A stretch of 64,000 bases of DNA, from positions 171,235-235,234 of the forward strand of contig CAWEHK010000029.1 of the NCBI GenBank assembly GCA_963808625.1. The letters run 5' to 3'. Numbering within the stretch: position 1 is the first letter of the stretch; each line of letters begins with the position of its first letter. Of this stretch, positions 11,001 to 20,040 are shown in pieces. The position numbers were made by a program, and so were the translations under genes. The stretch comes from an uncultured delta proteobacterium. Its GTDB lineage: Bacteria > Desulfobacterota > Syntrophobacteria > Syntrophobacterales > Syntrophobacteraceae. The notes below the pieces were generated by a model. It did not search any database. It saw nothing but the letters and a program-made list of their open reading frames with translations, and was not told where the DNA came from.

Positions 11001-11005
11001 ACGTC

Positions 11006-12010
11006 TCACGATTTCGCCAGAGTCAGATGCTGGTATCCTGGAATGGAATCCAGGAATGTTCTGAGCGGTGTCAAGCCGGGGGTGTCGTACCAGTCCTCGA
11101 TCAACCGGAAGGCGATGGAAAAATTCGAAGGGAGGCGGAGCTCACCCGCCTCGAGACGGTCCTGGAAATCCTTTCGCGAGAACCAGCGGGCATCCTCCAG
11201 TTCCTGGTCCATGAGCTGAATGGTTTCGCCACGCGCCACGGCGCTGAAGCCAAGCATGATCGAGCCTGGAAACGGCCAGGGTTGAGATGAGTGATATTGC
11301 ACTTCGGCCACCCGGATGCCGGTCTCTTCATGAATTTCGCGAACGACAGCGTCTTCGAGGCTCTCTCCCGGTTCGACAAATCCGGCAATGGCTGAAAAAA
11401 AGCCCTGAGGCCAAACCGACTGGCGCCCTAACAGGCAGCGCTCGCCCGACCGCACCACGGTGATGATTGCCGGGTCGGTCCGCGGGAAATGCTGTTCACC
11501 GCACTGCGGGTTGGTGCAAACCCGGCGATGGCCGCCATCGACGCTGGCCGTGGGACTGCCGCAGTCGCCGCAGAACCGATGGCGGCGATGCCAGTGAGTC
11601 AGGGCTCGCGCATAAGCGAGCAGCGCCGCCTGGGGAGCCTCGAGCAGGGCCCCGAAGCGTTTTAGATCGTGAAACCGACCGAGGCTCGCCAGGCGGTCGG
11701 CAGGGGCCGTTGTACCCCGCGGCAAGTCCACTGCAAAATAGGTCTTCGTCGCGTTTCTACCAAGGAAAACGACGGCTTCAGCCGCTCCCAACAGGTCGCC
11801 CACTTGCGCGCGGGAAAGCATCACCGGGCGCGGAGCGGATTCCTCCGCGAAGAGCTGTTTCGAGTCCCACACCGGGAGGAAGAAGGTGTTGGGGTCCTCG
11901 ATTTGTTCCGCCAGCCATTGCTCGTCCCGGCGTTTGGGTGTCAGACGATCGACCGGGTTTGCGGCATAGTAGTTGCGGGCGGAGCGCCGGTAATGATCCA
12001 TTGGGACCAT
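11006..12010 (-). CDS. nudC: NAD(+) diphosphatase
   Basis: Zn finger FCGDCG...CTNPQC, Nudix box GFVEPGESLEDAVVREIHEETG, SQPWPFP motif. Confidence 0.93.
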   Translation of the reverse strand: MVPMDHYRRSARNYYAANPVDRLTPKRRDEQWLAEQIEDPNTFFLPVWDSKQLFAEESAPRPVMLSRAQVGDLLGAAEAVVFLGRNATKTYFAVDLPRGTTAPADRLASLGRFHDLKRFGALLEAPQAALLAYARALTHWHRRHRFCGDCGSPTASVDGGHRRVCTNPQCGEQHFPRTDPAIITVVRSGERCLLGRQSVWPQGFFSAIAGFVEPGESLEDAVVREIHEETGIRVAEVQYHSSQPWPFPGSIMLGFSAVARGETIQLMDQELEDARWFSRKDFQDRLEAGELRLPSNFSIAFRLIEDWYDTPGLTPLRTFLDSIPGYQHLTLAKS

Positions 12011-12011
12011 T

Positions 12012-13634
12012 TCAAGGTCCCTTATATTTCTGCATGTCTTTCGGTACCCACCACTGACGCGGCGTCAACCCCATGGGATAGACAACCACATTGTGAAAAC
12101 GCCGGGCCACCGCCACCAGGGCATCGGTAGTGAAGAGAAAGGTGTAGGGCTGCTCGTCATAGAGGATCTTGCTGAAGCGGCGATACATTTCGCGCCGTTT
12201 CTGGGGATCGAACTCCTTCCGGGCGGCCTCGATGAGCCGGTCGGCTTCTTCGTTGTGGAACCCCACGAAGTTGGACCCCTTGTTGTCGGCCTGCGAGGAG
12301 TGCCAGAGCTGGTAAGGGTCCGTGTCCCAACCGAGACTCCACCCCATGGTGCAGGCATCGAAGTTGTGCTCCTCGATTCTCTGCACGAACACCGCCCACT
12401 CCAGCTTGCGAATGTCCATCTTGATCCCCACTCCCTTCAGATTTTCCTGAAGGATGGTCGCGATTTGTTCGCCAAATTTGGAGCCGGCGGAAATGAGGAA
12501 TTCAAAAGCAAACGGCGTCCCTTCGCGGTCCAGCACCCCGTCGCCGTCGTGGTCCTCCCACCCGGCAGCCTTGAGCAGGGCGGCGGCTGCCTTGGGATCG
12601 TAGGGATGGGGTTTCAGGTTGTGATCGTATTCCGGGCTGTTGATATAGAAGGTGCCGTTGACCACGGTCCCGAGACCGAAGAGGACCTTCTCGAGGATCA
12701 TTTCACGGTCCATCAAAAGTGTCATCGCCAGCCGTACCGTGCGGTCGGCGAACAAGGGCCGGCGCATATTCCAGCCGATGTAGGAGTAGCTCGGCAGGGG
12801 GTACTTCAGCTTCTGGAAATTCTCCTCAAACCGCGCTGTCTGAGTCTGCCTCACCCATTGAATCGGGCGCAGCCCCATAAAATCCAGTCCGCCCTGCTTC
12901 AAAACCTGGAGCGCCACCGTCGAATCGGTGATGATCTTGAAGACGATCCGGTTCAGATAGGGCTTTTCTCCCCAGTATGCTTCATTACGAATGAGGACGA
13001 TCTCTTTGCCCGTTTCCCAGTGAAGCAGCCGGTACGGTCCGGTGCCGACGGGCTGGCGGCCGATGGGATGTTGATTGAAATTGTCGCCATCCTTAAAGAG
13101 ATGAGCCGGAAGGATCGGAATGCCGCCGCAGAACTCCAGGGCCTTGAAGTAAGGGATCCGGTAGTGATAGCGCACCGTATGGTCGTCGATGACTTCCAGT
13201 CGTTCGATGTCCTGGTAGTAATTGCGCAAATGCGCCGCATCCACTTTGGGGTCCTTGATGCGCTCGAAGGAGAAGAGGATGTCCCGGGCCGTGAAGGGTT
13301 GACCGTCCTGCCAGCGGATATTCTTCTTCAAATGGAAGGTGTATTGGAGGTGGTCCGCCGAGATTTCCCAGGATTCCGCCAGCACCGGCACCAGTTGCAT
13401 GGTCTTCTCGTCGCGCTTCAGGAGAGATTCGTAAACGTAGTCATCGATGTTTTGAGCGTAGACGTCGGTGGCCGTAATCGGATTCAGGGTTGCCGGCTCG
13501 GAGCCGAGGTGACTGATCAGCCAGTCGCCGGCAACCGGCGCCTCTTCTGCCGCCGTCGCAGGGATTGGACCTGCGAGGAGGCAGCAAACCGACAGGATGA
13601 GCAGGCTCAGTCGGAATAATAAACGCATGGACAT
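12012..13634 (-). CDS. ABC transporter peptide-binding protein (SBP family 5)
   Basis: Signal peptide, LAESWEIS...WQDGQPFTARD, GTGPY motifs. Confidence 0.92.
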   Translation of the reverse strand: MSMRLLFRLSLLILSVCCLLAGPIPATAAEEAPVAGDWLISHLGSEPATLNPITATDVYAQNIDDYVYESLLKRDEKTMQLVPVLAESWEISADHLQYTFHLKKNIRWQDGQPFTARDILFSFERIKDPKVDAAHLRNYYQDIERLEVIDDHTVRYHYRIPYFKALEFCGGIPILPAHLFKDGDNFNQHPIGRQPVGTGPYRLLHWETGKEIVLIRNEAYWGEKPYLNRIVFKIITDSTVALQVLKQGGLDFMGLRPIQWVRQTQTARFEENFQKLKYPLPSYSYIGWNMRRPLFADRTVRLAMTLLMDREMILEKVLFGLGTVVNGTFYINSPEYDHNLKPHPYDPKAAAALLKAAGWEDHDGDGVLDREGTPFAFEFLISAGSKFGEQIATILQENLKGVGIKMDIRKLEWAVFVQRIEEHNFDACTMGWSLGWDTDPYQLWHSSQADNKGSNFVGFHNEEADRLIEAARKEFDPQKRREMYRRFSKILYDEQPYTFLFTTDALVAVARRFHNVVVYPMGLTPRQWWVPKDMQKYKGP

Positions 13635-13654
13635 TGATTTGCGGCCTCTCGAAA

Positions 13655-13695
13655 GCGGTGCTGAGTGCTGGGTGCTGAGTGCTGAGTGCTGAGGA
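13655..13695. repeat. TGCTGAG heptamer array
   Basis: Tandem units. The same unit occurs at 7603-7625 and, as reverse complement, at 14530-14575. Confidence 0.8.
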
Positions 13696-13764
13696 AAAAC
13701 CATTCGCCCCCATGGTATATCTTCAGCGTTCAAATAGAAAACGGTGCTGACTGCTGGGCGCCGA

Positions 13765-13918
13765 GTACACCTCCACAGAAATGAGTGTCCGAATTCGATT
13801 CGTCATTGCCGCAAGCTTCTGGCGGGAATCCACGCTCTGCAAATTCTCTGGATTCCCGCTGAGAGCATGCGGGAATGACGCCCTGAGATTAAGGGCACTT
13901 TATTCTGCTGTGCTGTAC
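13765..13918. mobile_element. ~150-bp MITE-like REP-doublet element, copy A
   Basis: GTAC ends with imperfect terminal inverted repeats and internal palindromes of the ATTCCCGC...GCGGGAAT type. Confidence 0.75.
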
Positions 13919-13978
13919 CAAAAAAACCGTCTGCCTCCATGGCACATCTTCAGGGTTCGAAGGTGCTGCCCCGGATTG

Positions 13979-13993
13979 GCAATTTGCATACCA
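13979..13993 (-). promoter_or_regulatory. putative sigma-54 promoter
   Basis: TGGTATGCAAATTGC, GG-N10-GC, upstream of the SBP gene. Confidence 0.55.
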
Positions 13994-14039
13994 TTGCAGC
14001 AGAGCCGAGCCGTTTGGAGGATAGCACGAGAGAGGGCAT

Positions 14040-14080
14040 AAAAAAACCCCTTCTCGCCGCTACCCTGAAAAGGGGTTTTG
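14040..14080 (-). terminator. intrinsic terminator
   Basis: AAAACCCCTT...AAGGGGTTTT hairpin with a T-tract on the minus strand. Confidence 0.65.
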
Positions 14081-14119
14081 GGATTCCACAATCCCTTGAG
14101 CAGATCACGCGTCGATGCT

Positions 14120-14353
14120 TTACAATTTGGCTATGTCAATATTCCGGATAAAGGTTTTGATGTCACTCATCCATGCTTCCAACTGCTGCTCCCGGTCCTG
14201 GCTCCCCGGATCTTTTTCGGCGGTTTTCGCCTCAACGTTTTCATAAGGCTGCGGCGTCGCGAGATCTTCCATGGCACCGGCGTTCTCGATCCCCGAAAAC
14301 TCATTATTTCTATAGTACTCAAACTGACCGACACTGTACTCAATGGCTTTCAT
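14120..14353 (-). CDS. small hypothetical protein
   Basis: RBS AAGGAGG and a downstream terminator. Confidence 0.55.
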   Translation of the reverse strand: MKAIEYSVGQFEYYRNNEFSGIENAGAMEDLATPQPYENVEAKTAEKDPGSQDREQQLEAWMSDIKTFIRNIDIAKL

Positions 14354-14436
14354 CTTGGCCTCCTTGATTGCACTTTCATGTCACCATCAGGCCTGAAATT
14401 AATCACCATTCCTGTATTGTAAAGTGGCCGTGGAAT

Positions 14437-14580
14437 AGCTCTTGGCTCTTAGCTCTTAGCTCTTAGCTCTTGGCACTTGGCTGTTGGCTCTCGGCTCCTG
14501 GCTTCCAGCTTGACCTCCCTCATTCCTTCCACTCAGCACCCAGCACTCAGCACTCTCATCGTCACTCAGCACTCATTACT
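14437..14580. repeat. mixed heptamer arrays (CTCTTAG/CTCTTGG, CACTCAG)
   Basis: Tandem units beginning at the stop of the 14562 gene. Confidence 0.85.
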
Positions 14581-15413
14581 CCGATCATCTTTCGAACAAT
14601 CCTCACCGGATCACCATCCCCATCACCTTTTCGAACAATCCTCACCGAATCACCGCGGCACAGACCGCAGCGTGTAGCCGCATTTCCCTGGTTGACCGCA
14701 ATCTCCAGGCGTCCGCTGCTGCCGATGAGGGCTACTATCGTGCCGGGAGCCTGGTCGCCGTAAGTGTCAACGATTGCTGACACACTAAAGGCGCCAACCC
14801 TGACAGACAGCCGGGTCTTCGGGGCAAAGCGCGCGAGCACTTTGCCGCTTACATTAGTCACCGCATTGCCAAAATGGTCGATATGAATGATCTCACCCAG
14901 AAGCTCATCCCCTGTCTGTGCGGCGTCGGCCCACGATGCGACGAGCGGCGCACAGGGAGAGCCCAGAGCGTGGGCAGGAAGGCCTTTTGCGAGATGGGCC
15001 GCGATGGGAGCGAAAATGTCACGACCATGAAAAGTCCTGCTTACGGTGGGGCGCCAGTGGGCAGTATTTTCGATGCTGTAAGCTTTCCATGCGGAGGCCT
15101 CTTGCACGACCCACGAGAATAGACCATTATCCGGTCCCACAAAAAGGTAATGGTCCGCCTCCAGCACCAATCCCCGCCGGTCCGTTCCCACCCCCGGATC
15201 AATCACGGCCAGATGAACCGTGCCCGAGGGGAAGTCACGGCAGACGGAAGCGAGCAAAAACGCCCCGGCCCGGATATCCTGGGGCGGTGCCAGATGGGTG
15301 ATATCAATGAGGCGGGCTTCGGGACAAACCCCCAGGATCACCCCTTTCATGCTCGCCACGTAGGTGTCTTCAAGCCCGAAATCGGTAAGCAGGGTAATGA
15401 TTGGCGCCGGCAT
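14562..15413 (-). CDS. SAM hydroxide adenosyltransferase / chlorinase-fluorinase family (DUF62)
   Basis: ITLLTDFG, VIDPGVGTDR, GPDNG, TFHGRDIFAP and DHFGN motifs. Confidence 0.92.
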   Translation of the reverse strand: MPAPIITLLTDFGLEDTYVASMKGVILGVCPEARLIDITHLAPPQDIRAGAFLLASVCRDFPSGTVHLAVIDPGVGTDRRGLVLEADHYLFVGPDNGLFSWVVQEASAWKAYSIENTAHWRPTVSRTFHGRDIFAPIAAHLAKGLPAHALGSPCAPLVASWADAAQTGDELLGEIIHIDHFGNAVTNVSGKVLARFAPKTRLSVRVGAFSVSAIVDTYGDQAPGTIVALIGSSGRLEIAVNQGNAATRCGLCRGDSVRIVRKGDGDGDPVRIVRKMIGVMSAE

Positions 15414-15424
15414 AGTCGTAAAAC

Positions 15425-15615
15425 AGTGATCAGTGGTCAGTGACTAGTGGCTAGTGGCTAGTGGTCAGTGGTCAGTAGCCGGTAAGGCAGCCACGGTTCA
15501 GGTTGATGCCGATTTGAACAAAGGCCACAGGCAAATGCAAAAAGCTAACCGCCAACCGCCAACCGCCAAGAGCCAGGAGCCAGGAGCCAAGAGCCAAGAG
15601 CCAACCGCCAACAGC
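15425..15615. repeat. heptamer arrays (GTGGTCA/GTGGCTA; CCAACCG/CCAAGAG)
   Basis: Two tandem tracts, at 15425-15480 and 15545-15615. Confidence 0.8.
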
Positions 15616-16598
15616 TAAGAGCTCTCCCCCCCGGCTGATTCCCGGCGGTGCCGGATCATGGCCGGGGTCCCGTAGTCATATTCATGGCGGAGCTGCAGGA
15701 TGATCACGGAACCTATGACCAGGACCATTCCCAGGAGTTGAAGCGGCTCCAGGGATTCACCGAGAAAAAAGTATGAGATGATGCCCGCAGATATGGGTTC
15801 GAGAGTCGCGGTGATGCTGGCTCGCGTGGAACGGATCAGGTTGATGGCGTCGAAATAGAGACCGAAAGGCACGATCGTGCCGAGAATGGCAATATATAGA
15901 ATGAAGCCCCAGGCCGTGGCGGAGTAGGTTCCGGTGAAGGCCTCGAGAGGGAGAGGAGCGGCTTCCCAAAACAGGTGGGCACTGTTCCAAAAAATCGCCG
16001 CGAAGAGGACGGCATAAAAGAGCACCGTCCAGGGATGGTAGCGGTGCATCCCCTTTTCTCCATAAAGGGAATACCAGGCAAAGGCGACCGCGCAAAGAAG
16101 ACCGCAAAGAACGCCCTCCCGGTTCAACGAAAGCAGGTCAAAATTGTAAGCCCCGACGACCAGGTAGCAGCCGAAGGTGGCGCAGACAACCGCAAGCATG
16201 GTTGCCCGCGTCAGCGTGTCCCGCGCAAACAGCAGGGAATATAGAGCGATCAGCACGGGTGCCAGGTATTCAAGCAAAATCGCCACCGCCACCTTGATCT
16301 TACTGATGGCAAGAAGATAGGTGAACTGCACCATGGCCATTCCGGTAGTACCCAGGAGGGCAAAGTAGAGGATGTCCCGACGGGCGATCCGGAGCAATGC
16401 CGGCCGATGCGCCAGGAGCCATACAAAAAGCAGCGCAAGGCCAATCGTCAGGCGCAGCTGCACGAGTTGGAAAGGACTTATTCCCTGGTTGAAGAGGTAC
16501 TTCGCCGATGATCCGGACACTGCCCACATGAGGGCTGCCGTCGCCACATAGAGATAACCACGCCGGGGAATGGGAGTCGGTGATGAGATATTGTTCAT
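15615..16598 (-). CDS. EamA/DMT family transporter
   Basis: About 10 TM helices in two EamA repeats, LEPI motif. Confidence 0.9.
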   Translation of the reverse strand: MNNISSPTPIPRRGYLYVATAALMWAVSGSSAKYLFNQGISPFQLVQLRLTIGLALLFVWLLAHRPALLRIARRDILYFALLGTTGMAMVQFTYLLAISKIKVAVAILLEYLAPVLIALYSLLFARDTLTRATMLAVVCATFGCYLVVGAYNFDLLSLNREGVLCGLLCAVAFAWYSLYGEKGMHRYHPWTVLFYAVLFAAIFWNSAHLFWEAAPLPLEAFTGTYSATAWGFILYIAILGTIVPFGLYFDAINLIRSTRASITATLEPISAGIISYFFLGESLEPLQLLGMVLVIGSVIILQLRHEYDYGTPAMIRHRRESAGGESS

Positions 16599-16623
16599 AG
16601 TCTCCACTGGGTGCAGATTCTTA

Positions 16624-16778
16624 GTGCGCCCCCGCATAAATGGGTGTCCGAATGCCACTCGTCATTCCCGCGTGTTTCTGGCGGGAATCCAGGCTGTGCA
16701 AATTCCCTGGATTCCCGCTAAGAGCATGCGGGAATGACGACCGGGTGGTAATGGACACTTTATTCTGCTGTGCTGTAC
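16624..16778. mobile_element. MITE-like element, copy B
   Basis: Differs at 4 of 155 positions (counted by eye) from the reverse complement of copy E. Confidence 0.85.
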
Positions 16779-17041
16779 TAAGTGGACGCTTGTGGGCTTC
16801 CACCGGAATGACCATCGGGGATTATGGTCATCCCATTATCTGAGCCTATGCGCGACAGCAGGTCAATCGTCTTTCCCATAAGAGTTTACCACAGGACCGC
16901 TCGTGCCCGCTCATTATTTCAGTCTGCCTCACCTGTCAGGATGCAGTGCGCGAATACGCTCGAAGATCATTTCCTCGTTTTTCGATTTGCGATGGACGCG
17001 CGCTTTGCTAACATAGGTAGCGGAGAGATTCATGAGGGTGA

Positions 17042-17092
17042 TGTGGTTGATGGTTGATAGTTGATGGTTGATGGTTGAGTGGTTGATGTGAG
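17042..17092 (+). repeat. GTTGATG heptamer array
   Basis: Tandem units. Confidence 0.8.
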
Positions 17093-17211
17093 GTAGGGTT
17101 GGCATGGGCTGCCGGAGAGATTCACGAGGGTGAATCCAGACCCTGGTAGGAACCGAATAACTGAGGAAATGATGGTATTGATTCTTATGAGGAGATTTGA
17201 AAGGAGGGCGA

Positions 17212-18012
17212 ATGGTTCAGTTCGAAAGTCCCGGTATTGAGGATTTGACCCGGTTTGCGAGCGATGTGCTGCGTCACGCTGGGGATGAGGCACTGCGCTA
17301 CTACGGCAAAGGGGACCCCCTGGTGAAATTTGACTCCGATTTGGTCACAGAAGCCGAGCTTCATCTGATCGATTTCTTTCGGAACCAACTCCAGGCTCAG
17401 TTCCCCGAGCATGGCATCTTTGGGGATGAGCTGCCGAAGCAGGACTACGTCCATGGCGAAAAAAGATATCTCTGGATTTACGATGCCCTGGACGGGGTTG
17501 CCAATTTTCAAGCCGGTATTCCCATCTGGGGGACTTCCCTCGCGCTCCTCGAAAACTTCTGGCCAATTTTTGGGGCCTTTTACATGCCGGTTACGGGGGA
17601 TTTGTTCCATGCTCAAGCCGGTCAAAAAGCCTGGTGGGGCGATGCTGAAATCACGATTCCCGACCATGGTGAAATCAGCAACGAAAGCGTGCTCCTGACC
17701 TACTCGAGGTTTCACAATCATTACCGCTCCTCCTTCCCCGGCAAAATTCGCAACCTCGGCTGCACCGCCGCCCATCTCTGCTACGTCGCCAGAGGGTGCG
17801 CCGAAGGAGCTCTGCTGGCCAATGTTTCCTATCAAGACCTGGCGGCGGCACAAATCATCCTCACCGCAGCAGGCGGTAAGATCTGCAAGCTCGATGGCCA
17901 GGAATTTCACCTCAGTGATTATCTGGATGGAGAGCGGATCGAGGAGCACCTGCTTGCCGCCCCCGAAGGCTCGCATGCGGCCATTGCGATGTATCTGAGC
18001 GAGGCGGAGTGA
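17212..18012 (+). CDS. inositol monophosphatase family protein
   Basis: WIYDALDGVANF and YQDLAAA motifs. RBS AGGAGG. Confidence 0.88.
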   Translation: MVQFESPGIEDLTRFASDVLRHAGDEALRYYGKGDPLVKFDSDLVTEAELHLIDFFRNQLQAQFPEHGIFGDELPKQDYVHGEKRYLWIYDALDGVANFQAGIPIWGTSLALLENFWPIFGAFYMPVTGDLFHAQAGQKAWWGDAEITIPDHGEISNESVLLTYSRFHNHYRSSFPGKIRNLGCTAAHLCYVARGCAEGALLANVSYQDLAAAQIILTAAGGKICKLDGQEFHLSDYLDGERIEEHLLAAPEGSHAAIAMYLSEAE

Positions 18013-18125
18013 GTAGGGAGTAGGAGTAAGGAGTAGGAGTAGGGAGTAGGAAGTAGGGAGTAAGGAGGGGCAGGTAAGAGGAGTAGGGAGTAAGGAGTAG
18101 GAGTAAGGAGTAGAGGGATTAGGGA
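18010..18125 (+). repeat. GAGTAGG heptamer array (left arm)
   Basis: Starts at the IMPase stop. Complementary to the 18565-18697 tract. Confidence 0.9.
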
Positions 18126-18134
18126 GGAGCGATT

Positions 18135-18515
18135 GTGGGGAGAGAAGGGTATGCCGGATACCGGGATTTGAAGGTATTTAAGCTTGCGTACCAGCTTGCC
18201 CTTGAAATTCACGAACTAACGAAGTCCTTTCCTAAAGAAGAGAAGTATGCTCTGGTCGACCAAATTAGACGGTCATCCAGGAGCATTGCGACGAACATTG
18301 CTGAGGCCTGGAAGAAAAGGCGCTACGAAAAGGCATTCATCAGCAAGCTGGTTGATTGTTCGGGAGAAGCCGGTGAAACAGAAGTCTGGCTGGATTTCTG
18401 CCTTGACCTTACGTATATCAAAGCCGATCAGCATCAATATTTTCTGAGTAGATATCAGGAAGTAAGCCGCATGCTTTATGGTATGATAGAAAAAGCCGGA
18501 AGGTTTTCCACATGA
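18135..18515 (+). CDS. four helix bundle protein (23S rRNA intervening-sequence protein family)
   Basis: YRDLKVF...[28 protein letters not shown] signature. Confidence 0.92.
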   Translation: MGREGYAGYRDLKVFKLAYQLALEIHELTKSFPKEEKYALVDQIRRSSRSIATNIAEAWKKRRYEKAFISKLVDCSGEAGETEVWLDFCLDLTYIKADQHQYFLSRYQEVSRMLYGMIEKAGRFST

Positions 18516-18564
18516 TCACCTCCCTGACTTTTACTGGACCTTCGGCCTCTCGCTCGTTCTCCCC

Positions 18565-18697
18565 GCTTCCTACTGCCTGCTCCCTACTTCTGACTCCCCG
18601 CGTCCCGCTCCCTACTCGCTCTACTCCCTACTCCCTACTCCCTACTCCCTACTCGCCTACTGCTTACTCCCTACTCCCTACTGCTTACTGCCTACTT
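18565..18697 (+). repeat. CCTACTC heptamer array (right arm)
   Basis: Reverse complement of the left-arm unit. Confidence 0.9.
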
Positions 18698-18716
18698 TAA
18701 ACGGAGATTGACGCCC

Positions 18717-19950
18717 ATGATAACGGTGCCCAAGAGTGAGGTTGCCAATCGGCTCGTTGCATTGCAGTCCCTGCTGCAGAGGGAGGAAGTCGAGGCGGCG
18801 ATCATCCGCCAAAATGCGGACCTGTTCTACTTTACCGGCACGGTGCAGGACGCTTACCTGATTGTGCCGGCGTCGGGAGCGCCGGTCTTCCTGGTCCGGC
18901 GGGATGTGGACCGGGCCGGGGAGCAGTCTCCGATCCGCCCGATCCGTTGCGCTCAAGAGCGTCAAGGAAGTCTCCCAGGCGGTCTTTGATGCCTGTGGCA
19001 GCGCCCCCCCGAAACGGGTCGGTCTGGAACTGGACGTCCTCCCTGCCAACACTTTTTTCTTTTTTGATGAAAAGCTTTTTCCGAAGCAGCAGATTGTTGA
19101 TATCAGCGGCCTCATCCGCCAGGTGCGCATGGTGAAATCCCCCTGGGAGCTTGACATGATGCGCCGTGCCGGGGGGGTCTCCCGGGCGGTTGCCGAGGCG
19201 GTGCCGCAACTGCTGCGGGAAGGGATAAGCGAGTTGGAGTTGAGCATCGGGCTCGAGGCTGTCGCCCGAAGAGCCGGTCACCTGGGGCTGATCCGCCTGC
19301 GCGGCTTCAACATGGACATGTATTTCGGGCACATCCTCTCGGGCCCTGAGGCGGCCATTCCCGCTTACGGCGATGCGCCGACAGGCGGTCTCGGAGTGAG
19401 CGCCGCTTTCGGCCAGGGGGCCAGTGAACGCCGCATCAGGGCGGGCGAGATGGTGAGCGTTGACATCATGATGAACTGCCAGGGGTACCTGAGTGACCAG
19501 ACGCGAAACTTCTCCATCGGCCCGCCTCCTTCCAGGCTGGAGGAGGCGTACCGGTTCGTCCAGGAAATCCACCGGCGCTTCCGCGAGGCGGCAAGACCGG
19601 GGGCCGTCACCGGTGAGCTCTATGAGCTGGTCTGGCATTGGGTCACGGAAGCCGGATGGGATGAATGGTTTATGGGCTACGGCGCCGGGCGGGTAGCATT
19701 TATCGGCCATGGGCTGGGGATCGAAGTGGACGAGTTTCCGTTCATTGCGCAGGGGCAGAAACTGGTTCTGCAGGAGGGGATGACGTTTGCCTTCGAGCCC
19801 AAGTTCATCATGCCCGGCCTGGGTATCACCGGCCTTGAAAACACCTATGCGGTCACTTCCGGTGGTCTGGAATCGTTGAACACCGCGACCGAAGAGCTTG
19901 TCATCATCCAGCATGCCGAAGATCAATTTCTTGCCGATTTTCATGCCTGA
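18717..19950 (+). CDS. Xaa-Pro peptidase (M24) family; frameshift near 18945
   Basis: Creatinase-type N-terminus in ORF 18708. GYLSDQTR, GHGLGIEVDE, EPK and GLENT in ORF 18862. Confidence 0.88.
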
Positions 19951-19977
19951 CGATAGAACGGGTAACATTGGGATGTC

Positions 19978-20018
19978 ATTCTGACTTCTGACTTCTGACT
20001 TCTGACTCCTGACTGCTG
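19978..20018 (+). repeat. CTGACTT heptamer array
   Basis: Tandem units. Confidence 0.85.
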
Positions 20019-20040
20019 TCTTCTGCCATAAAGAAAGAGG

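Noticed and set aside
14562..15413. Fluorinase or chlorinase
   Set aside because: TFHGRD and the housekeeping context fit the common SAM hydroxide adenosyltransferase; there is no evidence for halogenase activity.
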